This document shows, piece by piece, positions 19,531-30,908 of a DNA stretch of 64,000 nucleotides. This DNA is from Thecamonas trahens ATCC 50062 (Eukaryota; Protista; Apusomonadida). The position numbers were made by a program, and so were the translations under genes. The notes under the pieces are model-generated. The model was not told where the DNA came from and made no database searches. It worked only from the letters and a program-made list of their open reading frames with translations. Location: NCBI RefSeq assembly GCF_000142905.1, contig NW_013657609.1, positions 67,185-131,184 on the forward strand. The letters run 5' to 3'. The stretch's first letter is position 1; every line of letters starts with the position of its first letter.

Positions 19531-22500
19531 ATGTCGCTTCGGCTGCGCGAGTTCATCGACGAAGTGCGGAGCGCACGGACGAGTTCTGAAGAGCGCGAGC
19601 TTGTGCGACGTGAACTAGCTGCTATTCGGACCAAGTTTGCTCAAGAGAACACAGACTTCCGTCTGCGTAATGTTGCAAAGCTTCTGTACATGCAGGTATG
19701 TCTTCCCCTTACCCATCCCCTGTCAGCCCTCTCTCCCCTCCTCCCGTCCCGCTGCTGCCACCGTCCCTCGCCGCCCCCTCCCCCCCCTCCCCTTCCCCCT
19801 CGCCACTGCCGTGTCGCTCTTCTGGTGCGATCACGTCACGAGTCGACGACGACCACCACCACCTACAGCTCCCAGCACACCACAAACAGCACCCCCACCC
19901 ACCAGAACACCACCAGAACACTCTCAACATAATCTTCATCCACTTTCCCCACTTTTTTCTTCATACATACCCCCTAGCGAGCCCATGGAAGCCTCCCCCC
20001 CCCCCACCGTCGGCTCGGCTGGGCACATGATGATTGGCCTTGCTTTTTTTGCTCTTCGCCGCCCGCTCGCCTCCTTCCCCACCCCCGCCGCATCCTCCAT
20101 CGATCCGCCCCGTTGCCAACGACCACGACCTCGCCGCTCCTCCTTCCGACCGTTCATCTCGCCCTCTCCCCTTTCGTCTTTGTTCCGTGTGCTAAGATCA
20201 TTCGCATCCACTGTTTTGTATTGTTATCTGCGTATCATCGTGGTGATGGGGATCGGATCGTCTCCTCGTCTGCCCGCTTGCTCGTTTGCTTGATCATCCG
20301 CCCGCTTGCTTGTCTGTCTGCTTGCTCGTCCGCCCGCTTGCTCGCTTGCTTGCTCGCTTGCTCGTCCACCCGCTCGGAGAGTTGAGGGTTGTACTGGTTG
20401 CCATGCAGAGCATGGGAATGGAGACGGGTTTCGGATGGTCTGGGAGTCCGTCGAGTTGGTTGACGGATGGATTGGTTTGCACCAGGTGGTGATCGAAGGC
20501 TGGGGCTGGGGCTGGGGCTGGGGCTGGGGCCGGGGCTGGAGCTGGAGCTGGAGCACAGCTGGAGCTGGAGCACATCATACTGCGGCACGCACTGGAACTC
20601 TACTCACCTCTCTTTCTATGTAACTTGTGCGTGTGTGTGTGTCTCTCTCTGTTTGTGTTGGACTTTAGATGCGGGGCTACTCGACGCAGTTTGCGCAGCT
20701 CGAGTGCCTCAAGCTTGTGGCGTCCGAGTCGTTTGCGCAGAAGCGGGTGGGCTACCTCGGGCTGATGCTTCTGCTCGACGAGGACTCGGAGGTGCTGATG
20801 CTGGTGACCAACTCGCTGAAGAACGACCTCAACCACCCGAACATGTATGTGGTCGGCCTCGCGCTCTGCTCGCTCGGCAACATGTGCACGGCCGACATGG
20901 GCCGCGACCTCGCGGGCGAGGTGGAGAAGCTGCTCTCATCGTCTAACCACTACGTGCGCAAGAAGGCTGCGCTCTGCGCCCAGCGCATCATCCGCAAGTG
21001 CCCGGACCTGCTGGAGAACTTTGTGGGCCTGGCCAAGTCGCAGCTAGTCAAGCGCCACCACGGCGTTCTTCTCACGGGCATCACGCTCATGATCACCATG
21101 TGTGAGGTCGACCCGGCGGTTGTCGGCCCGTTCCGCCGCTTTGTGCCGGCCCTTGTTGGCGCGCTCAAGTCGCTGATCGTCTCAGGCTACGCGCCCGAGC
21201 ACGACGTCGGCGGCGTGACCGACCCGTTCATCCAAGTCAAGCTCCTGCGCCTGCTGCGGGTCCTGGGCCGCGGCGACGTCGAGTCGTCGGAGAAGATGAA
21301 CGATGTGCTCGCCTACGTCGCCACCAACACCGAGACCAAGCACAACGTTGGCAACGCCATCCTCTACGAGGTTGTGCAGACCATCATGTCGATCGAGGCC
21401 GACTCGGGCCTCCGCCTGCTGGCCGTCAACATCCTCGGGCGTTTCCTCCTCAACAAGGACAACAACATCCGCTATGTGGCGCTCAACACGCTCTCCAAGG
21501 CTCTGCACGGCGACCTGCAGGCTGTTCAGCGCCACCGCGCCACCATCACCCAGTGCCTCAAGGACCCGGACGTCTCGATCCGCAAGCGCGCTCTCGAGCT
21601 CTGCTACAAGCTTGTCACCGACCGGAACGCCAACGACCTCATTGCCGAGCTCTGCCTCTTTGTTGACGTCATCGACGACGAGTTCCGGCCCTCGCTAGTC
21701 GCCAACCTCATCCGCCTCGCCGGCGAGTTCTCGCAGGGCGACCGCTGGCACGCCAACCTCGCGCTCCGTATCCTCCGCTCGGCCGGCTCATACGTCACAC
21801 CTGTCGTCGGAGACCGCATCATTTCTCTCTTTGCCCGCCTCGAGTCGGAGCAGCAGTACATTGTCAAGCGGCTGTACGACATGCTTATGGATGCGATGAG
21901 CTCTGAGGAGCTCAAGCGCGTCGGCGCGTGGTGCATCGGCGAGTTTGCCGAGCAGCTTGTCGCGCCGGGCGGCGGCGCCGCTGTCTCGCACGTCTCGGTC
22001 TCGGACGAGGAAATTGTCACCGTCCTCGAGCTCATCGATGGGCAGACGACCACGACCACGCTCACCCGCACCTATGTCCTTACCGCCCTCATCAAGCTCT
22101 CTGTCCGTCTCACCGACGACGGCGCACACGCTCGCATCCTCGCCCTCCTCTCCTCGTACCAGAACTCGATGCAGGTCGAACTCCAGCAGCGCGCTTGCGA
22201 GTACCTCGCCATCTACCAGATGACCGACCTCCGCCCCGCGTTGCTCGAGCACATCCCGGTCCTCGAGGTCGACTCGGACGGCGACGGTGACGACGACGAT
22301 GATGACAACGATGATGACGAGATTGACGGCAACGACGTGAACCCGACGGCGACGCCGCCCGCTGCGACTCCGGCGGCGGCTGCCCCGGCCAACGGCACCG
22401 GCGGGGCGGCGGCTNNNNNNNNNNNNNNNNNNNNNNNNNNNNNNNNNNNNNNNNNNNNNNNNNNNNNNNNNNNNNNNNNNNNNNNNNNNNNNNNNNNNNN

Positions 22501-23365
22501 NNNNNNNNNNNNNNNNNNNNNNNNNNNNNNNNNNNNNNNNNNNNNNNNNNNNNNNNNNNNNNNNNNNNNNNNNNNNNNNNNNNNNNNNNNNNNNNNNNNN
22601 NNNNNNNNNNNNNNNNNNNNNNNNNNNNNNNNNNNNNNNNNNNNNNNNNNNNNNNNNNNNNNNNNNNNNNNNNNNNNNNNNNNNNNNNNNNNNNNNNNNN
22701 NNNNNNNNNNNNNNNNNNNNNNNNNNNNNNNNNNNNNNNNNNNNNNNNNNNNNNNNNNNNNNNNNNNNNNNNNNNNNNNNNNNNNNNNNNNNNNNNNNNN
22801 NNNNNNNNNNNNNNNNNNNNNNNNNNNNNNNNNNNNNNNNNNNNNNNNNNNNNNNNNNNNNNNNNNNNNNNNNNNNCCGCCCTCGGCGTCGGGCGGCGGC
22901 TCGCTGCTCGATCTGCTGTCGGGCGGCGGGCCTGCGACTGCACCTGCGGCCACGGCTTTGCCCGCGGCCTCGCCTGCGGCTGCGGCGAACAGCGGCGATG
23001 GCAGCTTTGCGCCTGTCGAGGTGTACAACAAGAACAACGTCAAGATCACGTACGCCTTTGCCAAGCAGCCTGGCCGGCCTGAGGTGACTGCTATCAACGC
23101 CACGTTTACCAACGGCAACGCCTTTGAGCTCCGCGATCTCTCGTACCGTATCGCCGTCCCGACGTACATCCAGCTCAAGCTCGGCCCGGCGTCATCGACG
23201 GTGGTGCCTGCGGCCAACGGCGGGGCCGTGACGCAGGTTATCCACCTGCTCAACTCAAAGCACGGCGCCGCGCCGGTCCTTCTCAAGTACCAGCTGGCGT
23301 TTAACGCCAACGGCACGCCGTACACCGAGCAGGGCGACGTCGCCGGCTTGCCTGCCGGCCTGTAA
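19531..23365 (+). CDS. AP1G1: AP-1 complex gamma adaptin; exons 19531-19695 and 20669-23365 (assembly gap in the hinge)
   Basis: RLREFI...RNVAKLLYMQ|MRGYSTQFAQLECLKL, KRVGYLGLMLLLDE, GYAPEHDVGGVTDPFIQV, ELQQRACEY, and a C-terminal GAE ear domain. Confidence 0.96.
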
Positions 23366-23391
23366 AGACAAGCGAGAGCAGTTCGCCAAAG

Positions 23392-25004
23392 TCAGCGGCG
23401 GCGGACGCGGATCGAGGAGGAGCGCGGCGAGGAGCGCGGCGAGGCGGTGCGTCGCGAGCTTGAGCGCGAGGGCGAGGAGCTCGTCGCGAGGCCGGCCGAA
23501 GGCGAGGCGGCGGCGGTGGCGGCGCCAATGACACGGGCGTAGTCGCGTGAGACCCGCCAGTACTCGTCGTCGATCTGGATGAGGATGCCGGCCGAGGTGA
23601 GGAAGGAGATAGTGTCGAGAATGGTGGCGTCCTGCTCGATGGCGGCCGGGAGCTGCGAGATCTGGTGCGAGATGGAGAGGAAGGAGACGCCGGTGGTTGG
23701 GCCCTGGCAGGCGAGGATGATGCGGACGACAGCGGCTTGGAAGTCTGAGAGGGCCGGGAAGCGCCACGGCGCCAAGCCGTGGCTTCTCACGAGCGATTCC
23801 ATCTCGCTCGAGTCTGAATCATCCGAGTCGGAGATGATCTGCCGGTTGGCCGGCTCGATGAGGGTGTCGTGTGGCGCGGCGCCGCCAAAGAGGCCGTCGT
23901 AGTTGAAGCCAAGCGGAAGGGTGTCGCGCGCGGCCGGCTGCGGTGGCTGCGCTGGCGACCATAAGAGGTGGGAGAGCGAGCTCGTCGACTCGCCGCGGCG
24001 GTAGCGGGCGTAGTCGGAGAGCGATGGCGGGGTAGTGCGGCGGTGGCTGCCGGCGCGCGGCGGCGAGCGCGACGTGGTTGCCGGGCGCGGCGGGGCGGCA
24101 GCAAGGCGGGCCTCGAGCTTCTCGATGCGAGCGGCGGCGGCAGCGTTCTCCTTGGCCAGCTCGTCGACGATGGAGACGACACCTAGGAGGTGGTCGGCGG
24201 CGGATGAGGCAACGTGGTCGTCGAGCGCCGCCGTCTCGCGGCGCGGGAACGAGACTTGACAGCCAAAGCGGGCATACGGGCAGGGGACGAGCTTCTCGGG
24301 GCACTCGTGGCTCTCGTGCAGCGGAAGATCGGCGCGTACACCGTGCCAGCCACACTTGCAGCTCTCAGGCGCCTGCGGGCAGGTGGAGGCGGCGTGGTCA
24401 TCAAGCTCGGCGGCGAGGACAGAGTCGTCGCCGCACACGGCACAGACGACGAGGCGCATGGGGCAGGCAGCGGCATGGGACTCGATGGCGGAGCGGAGAA
24501 CGGATGCGCCACACTGGCCGCAAGCCGTGTTGGCCAGCATGCATGCCGTCCGGAGATGCTCGGGCAGAGCCTGGAACTCGCCAAGCCAGTCACAGCCGGC
24601 AGCAGCGTTGGAGCACTTGCAGTCGTGCTCGTCGATGATGGCGCGGAGGTTGCGGTCGGGCATGACGGCGCCGAGCGAAAAGGTGGAGCGATCCAGCGGA
24701 CAGAGCGGCGGGTCGGCCAGCTCGCACAGCTGGTAGGTGCAGACTCTGCAGAAGACGTGTCCGCAAGGCAGCCGCTGCGGATCATCGAGGATGCCCGCGC
24801 AGACGATGCACCAGAGGGGCGAGCCCTGCGTGAGGGGAGGGGAGGGGGAGGGGTTAGTGGATGTGGTGGTGGTGGTGATGGTGGTGATGGTGGTGATGGT
24901 TGGTGGTGGTGATGGTGGTGATAGTGGTGATGGGGGTGGTGGTGGTGGTGGTGGTGATGGTGGTGGTGGTGATGGTGGTGATGGGGGTGACCATGATGAT
25001 GACC

Positions 25005-25041
<37 letters not shown>

Positions 25042-25232
25042 NNNNNNNNNNNNNNNNNNNNNNNNNNNNNNNNNNNNNNNNNNNNNNNNNNNNNNNNNNN
25101 NNNNNNNNNNNNNNNNNNNNNNNNNNNNNNNNNNNNNNNNNNNNNNNNNNNNNNNNNNNNNNNNNNNNNNNNNNNNNNNNNNNNNNNNNNNNNNNNNNNN
25201 TGATGATGATCGATGATGATCGATCGATGATC

Positions 25233-25279
<47 letters not shown>

Positions 25280-25281
25280 CC

Positions 25282-25315
<34 letters not shown>

Positions 25316-25500
25316 CCATGATGATGATGATATGATGATGATGATGATGATGATAATGGTGACAATAATGACTCTGACCATGACCATGTCTCCCCCCTCC
25401 CCCTTCCCCCCCTCCCCCTCCCCCTCCCCCCCTCCCCCCCCGCCTACCCACGTACCTGCTTAAAGGCAGGTTGGAACAGCTCGGCCGGCACAGCAGACAT
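23392..25500 (-). CDS. RING finger + TRAF-type zinc fingers + coiled coil + RPA32C-like winged helix; exons 25500-25456 and 24825-23392
   Basis: C3HC4 RING (CIVC..LPCGHVFCRVC..CPLDR) and TRAF Zn fingers (CSNAAAGCDW..HL..C; CPYARFGC). Exon 1 MSAVPAELFQPAFKQ ends at a GTACGT donor; CTAAC branch point and CAG acceptor. Confidence 0.85.
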
Positions 25501-26129
25501 ATCCGCTTTCCTTCCCACACCACTCCTTCCTCCTCCTGTTGCACACTATAGTGTCAAGTGGTGTGGTCTGTCCCCTTCTGCCTCCCCTGTGCCCATGCCC
25601 ATGCCCCCCTCCCCTCCCCCTGCTGTTGCTCACTTGTCTCAATCCCGCCCATTCCCGCTCAAATGGAACTATGCTCAACGGATGGGATACGGCGGCCTGA
25701 TCGGGGCGAGTGGGGGGGGGGGGGGGGGACACATCGCAGCCGATTGAAGAGACGTAGTGATGGAGAGGGAGATGTATGTGCGTGGTGGTGGTGGTGGTGG
25801 CGGTGGTGGTGGTGGTGGTGGTGGTGGTGGTGGTGGTGGTGGTGGGTGTGGATGTGATGGACATGATGCGGGTGATAGGCCTGTTTGAAGGTGGGCGATC
25901 GGAGGTGGGTGAGACCACATCGCAGCCGATCAAGGATATCATGACGATGAGAGGGCAAACTTCATGGACATGATGTGGCTTGCGAGACTCTACATACGGA
26001 ACGATGGCCATGGATGGAGGAGGGAGGGGAGGGGAGGGGGTGATCAAGCGCCAAAGCATCGCGCAGCCTCTCCTCCTCATCGACTCGCCGCCTTCGCACC
26101 TGACTCATCACCGCCCGGCCCTTACCGCC

Positions 26130-27941
26130 ATGCCGCCCACGGCCAAGACGACTGATGTGGTGGTGGTCGGTGCAGGCTTCTCCGGCCTTGCAGCTGCTCG
26201 TGCGCTCCGCTCGGCCGGTCTCGACGTTGTCGTTATCGATGCTCGCACCAGGGTTGGCGGCCGGGCTCGGACGGCCAACCTTTTTCGTGCATGCAACACT
26301 GTACATGCAGATGACGGCGCGAGGACGGATGCTGGCAATGGCAACCACGACGGATCGCATTTTGTCAAAGATCGGCGTGCTGGAAGCCCATCAGCTACGG
26401 TGTCGATCGACGCAAGCAATAGCCAGACCGTGGCGTGGTCAGAGGTGATCGTGCTCCCGGCGACGGACGATCCGGACGCCGAGGCTGTGATCGAGGCCGA
26501 GGCGCTGCTTCTCGGGGCCAAGTTTGATTCGGGCGCTGCCTATATCGGCCCGCGCCATGTTCATGCTCGGCTGTGGGAGCTTGTTGATGAGTTTGGTCTC
26601 GAGACGTGGGCCGTGCCGGTCGATGGCCTCAACGTGCTCGTCCGCTCGGCGGCAGACGGTGGCATCCTCACCTACTCTGGTACCATCCCGGGTCTTTCAT
26701 GGCTTGCGCTTCTTGATCTCAACCACGCGCTCCGCTGGCTGACTGAGAACTGCGTCAAAGTACCACTGGACATGCCGCATCGCGCGCCGCGCGCCGCCGA
26801 GTGGGATGCTGTCACGGTGCAGGCCTGGATGGACCGGACGATGTGGTCGGCATCGGCCAAGGCCCTCCTTGCCTCGGCTGTTCGCGCCGTGCTCTTTGTT
26901 GAACCGGCTCAGATTTCACTGTTGTTTTGGTTGGCGTACTGCCACCACGGCCAAGGCCCCATCATGCTCGCCGAGACCCGCGGCGGCGCGCAGGAGTCCA
27001 AGATCACGGCCGGCATGACTGCTGTTGCCACGAGCATAGCCGAAGCCATCGGCCCACACGCTTTCCACCTTGGCGATCCGGTTCTTTCTATCGCTCAGGA
27101 TGATGATGGCGGCAGCGTTGTGTGCGCGTCAGGCACAGTCGTCAACGCCCGCGCTGTCGTCGTCGCTATGGGTCCATCGCTCGCCGGCCGGCTCAGCTAC
27201 GACCCACCGCTCCCGCCGCGCAAGACTCTCATCACCCAGAGCATGCCCATGGGCGCCATCATCAAGTGCGTTATGTGGTATCCGACTCCGTTCTGGCGAC
27301 TCCGTGGATTCTCGGGCATGGTGGTGAATAGCGATGTGTCAGCCGGGCCCATCTCGGTCGCCTTTGACGACTCGCTCCCGGGCACCGACGCCGCAGCACT
27401 CGTCGGCTTCATCTCGGCGTCGGCAGCCATCGAGTGGGGCCAGATGAGCCGGAAGCAGCGTGCGCAGGCTGTAGCCGCACAGTACGCATTCATCTTTGGC
27501 AGAGAAGCCGGCACGCCGTCGCCCATTGCCTACGCCGAGCACGACTGGCTGGAGGCGCGCTGGTCGTGGGGAGGTCCGACAGGAGCGGCACCGCCAGGCG
27601 TGCTCACAACGGCCAGCGGAGAGTTAGCGACGCGCCATGGCTGTGTTCATTTCGCCGGCACAGAGACCGCCTGCGAGTGGCAGGGTTACGTCGAGGGTGC
27701 GCTCGAGGCGGGCTACAGGGTGGCGAGCGAGGTTGCGGCAACGCTGGGCGGGCGAGTCGACGCCCGTTACATCCGCTCACCATCAGGATGGCGCGGTCGG
27801 CGTGTGCCGACGCTCCCGCTACCCGACCGCTGGCTGCCGTCTGTCACCGGCCTGTTCTGCGGCCTGCTAGCGGCGCTGAGCCTCACGGCGAGTCTCGCCC
27901 TTGCTACTGGTGCTGCGGGTACATGGGCGAGCCGGCGTTGA
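26130..27941 (+). CDS. Flavin-containing monoamine oxidase family protein with C-terminal TM helix
   Basis: [67 protein letters not shown], hydrophobic C-terminus. Confidence 0.93.
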   Translation: MPPTAKTTDVVVVGAGFSGLAAARALRSAGLDVVVIDARTRVGGRARTANLFRACNTVHADDGARTDAGNGNHDGSHFVKDRRAGSPSATVSIDASNSQTVAWSEVIVLPATDDPDAEAVIEAEALLLGAKFDSGAAYIGPRHVHARLWELVDEFGLETWAVPVDGLNVLVRSAADGGILTYSGTIPGLSWLALLDLNHALRWLTENCVKVPLDMPHRAPRAAEWDAVTVQAWMDRTMWSASAKALLASAVRAVLFVEPAQISLLFWLAYCHHGQGPIMLAETRGGAQESKITAGMTAVATSIAEAIGPHAFHLGDPVLSIAQDDDGGSVVCASGTVVNARAVVVAMGPSLAGRLSYDPPLPPRKTLITQSMPMGAIIKCVMWYPTPFWRLRGFSGMVVNSDVSAGPISVAFDDSLPGTDAAALVGFISASAAIEWGQMSRKQRAQAVAAQYAFIFGREAGTPSPIAYAEHDWLEARWSWGGPTGAAPPGVLTTASGELATRHGCVHFAGTETACEWQGYVEGALEAGYRVASEVAATLGGRVDARYIRSPSGWRGRRVPTLPLPDRWLPSVTGLFCGLLAALSLTASLALATGAAGTWASRR

Positions 27942-30908
27942 CCGACGAGTACTGCATCTGCTGGGGGATACCCTGCTGCGGCATGCCCATGCCCTGCTGC
28001 GGCATGCCCATGCCCTGCTGCGGCATGCCCATGCCCTGCTGCGGCATGCCCATACCCTGCTGCGGCATGCCCATACCCTGCTGCGGCATGCCCATGCCCT
28101 GCTGTGACGGCATAAACGACGTCGAGCCGCCATAGGTCGTGGCGTCGCCGTACGTCGGCATGCCCGACATCATGGCTCCGTCAGACTGATACGACTGCCC
28201 GCCGCCGTAAGACGACATGTACGCGCCGCCGGACGGCTGTGGCATGCCGCCACCGACCATGCCACCGCCACCATGCCACCGCTGACCATGCCACCGCTGA
28301 CCATGCCACCGCTGACCATGCCACCGCTGACCATGCCACCGCTGACCATGCCACCGCTGACCATGCCACCGCTGACCATGCCACCGCTGACCATGCCACC
28401 GCTGACCATGCCGCCACCGACCATGCCGCCACCGACCATGCCGCCACCCGGCCCACCGCCGTTTGGCGCCCCACCGACAACGAGGCCACCAGGGCCGACA
28501 ATGCCACCAGGCCCAGGCGTACCGCCACCCGGCCCGCCACCGACCATGCCGCCGACCATGCCGCCACCGACCATGCCGCCGACCATGCCGCCGCCGACCA
28601 TACCGCCTCCACTCGGGCCAGCGCCGCTCATGGCAGCGCCGCCAGGCCCGACGGCCATGGCAGCACCGCCCGGCCCGGTGGCCGAAGCCATCGGATCCTC
28701 GGCATCGGCGCCCGACTTGAGCGTCTTGAGGTAGTCAAAGTAGAAGCGGAGAGAGACCGGATCAACAGGCCAGTCGCCCGGGATGCGGTCCGAGCGGTCT
28801 GAGTACTTGGAGCGTGTCCGCTGGGTAATGGAGAGCACATCCTGGACAAGGATGCGGCCGCGGCCGACGAGGGCACCGCCCTTCTTGGACAGCTTCTTGA
28901 TGTCCTCCTTGGGCTCCTCCACCTCCATCAGCATGCCCGGGTGCTCGTTGAGGGTGGAGAGGAAGAGCTCCCAGCCGTCGAGACCGACGTCGTTGCCGTC
29001 CCACACCAGCGTCTGCAGCGAGGCGTTCTTGGCGAGAGCCTTGCACAGGGCTTCCATGCCCTCATCGCCCATCTCGTTGTCCGAGATGTCGAGGTGCCAG
29101 AGCGAGCGGTTGCGGGCCAGTGCCTTGAAGACGGTCTGGATGGCGTCGCCCATCTCGCCGCCGCGCGAGCCACAGATCTGCAGCACCCGGATGTTGGTGG
29201 GCGCGGTGAGGAGGCGGGCAAGGTGCCCGGCGCCCTCCTCAGCGTCGGTCCCAGCCCGAAGGTTGTTTGAGAGCGAGAGAGCCTGCAGCGATGAGACCGA
29301 GATGACGGCGTCGACAATGACGCCGATGCCTTCCGAGGTCAGCGCGTTCGACGAAATGTTGAGGGTGTGGACGTTGGTGGCAGCGCGGATGGTGTCGGCG
29401 ATCTTCTGCGCACCGTAGAACGAGAGGTTGTTGTTGGAGATGTCGATGCGGAGCCGCGGGAGCGAAACGTTGGAGATGAGCGCCTGCAGGATAGACTGGA
29501 CCGTATCGCCGTCGAGGCCGCAGCTGGAGAGGCCCAGCACCTTGAGACGCTGCGACGAGGCGCAAAACTGGACGAGCTCCTGGACAGCGTCAAAGGCAAT
29601 CTCGTTGCCCGAGAGGTTCACCGACTCGAGCGACGGCAGCTCGCGCATGGCCGAGACCAAGACCCGGACGTCGGCCTTGGTGTTCTGTAGCGAGAGGGTG
29701 ACGAGGCGAACCCGTGAGGTGAGCCGGTCGTAGAGGTTGGAGGCGTCCGGGCCCGACGCCGGGTCGATCGGCGTCGACGCCGACTCGGCGTCGGTCGCTG
29801 CCAGGACCCGGAGCATGTCGGCCAGCGCCCGCGAGCCCGACTCCTCGAGCCGGTTGTCCGAGACGTTGATCTCGGCGACAGGCTTGAGGTGGGCGACGGC
29901 AGAGGCACATGCCTCGAGCAGCGCGCACATACCCTTGGGCGTACACGCGTTGTTGGCAAAGTTAATGGCAGTCAGCGGGGTCTCCATCTTGGAAATGACC
30001 GCGGCAAAGGCGGTCATGATCTTGTCGCCGAGCTGGTTGCTCGGGAGCACAAAGCCGCCGACCGCGTGGTCGTCCGAGTCGCCAAGCTCCTCGGCTACCT
30101 CGGCCCAGGCTGAGGACTCGATGCCGCGGATGTCGATGGTCTCGATGGTCGAGTTGTGCTCGAGCGTATCGGCGAGCATGGGGATGAGCGGCCCAAGGCG
30201 CTTGGGCACAACAAACTGCGTCCCATCGAGTGCAATCTTTTCGCACCACGTGTTGAACCGCAGGGCGCGGAAGAGCGGTAGAATGGCTGAGAGAATTTCC
30301 TTCGACGGAGGGTCCTTGCCGGTGTTGAGAATCGAGGTCAGGTCGACGACGTTGGTCCCGTACGTCACGGCGGCGCGAATCGAGTCCAAGATCGGCTGTA
30401 GGACAGGCATCTTCAGGTAGGCACACCACGCCTCGTACGTGACGGCAAAGTTGCCAGCCGGCGAGAAGCCGACCGAGACCTCGGCGGCAAAGGCCGAGTC
30501 GGGCGCGCGGTAGTCGTAAAGGAACTCATCGGGAAAGCCGAGGGTAATGGGGGCGTAGGCCTCACGGACAGCATCAATGATGTCATCGGCGTTGTTCGCC
30601 TTGAGCTCGACCGACTCTTCCCCAAAGACAAGCAGGACATGATGCGGCGGCTGATACTGGATCTCATCCAGATCGTACCAGTGTACCTTGATGCGGACCT
30701 TGCGTCCAAGGGCGGCCTTTTTGATGATGAACAGAAAGTGCTCCGAGATGACCATGACTCGCTGGTCCGGCTTGCCCTTGCGGTTGACCTTGACCACCCA
30801 CGTGGTGAGAAACGACTTTTTCCCTCCCAGCTGCTTGTCCACATACTTGAGGTCTGCGTCCGAGATTTCGGGCACAGACAGTGCCGGATCAAACTCCTCG
30901 TCCGACAT
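27904..30908 (-). CDS. CARMIL-like protein (PH + LRR) with Gly/Met/Gln low-complexity tail; probable 1-nt frameshift at ~28267
   Basis: PH-like N-terminus, linker [20 protein letters not shown]-type LRRs ([18 protein letters not shown]). (GGMVS)n then (MPQQGMG)n continues in another frame to the stop at 27904. Confidence 0.8.
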
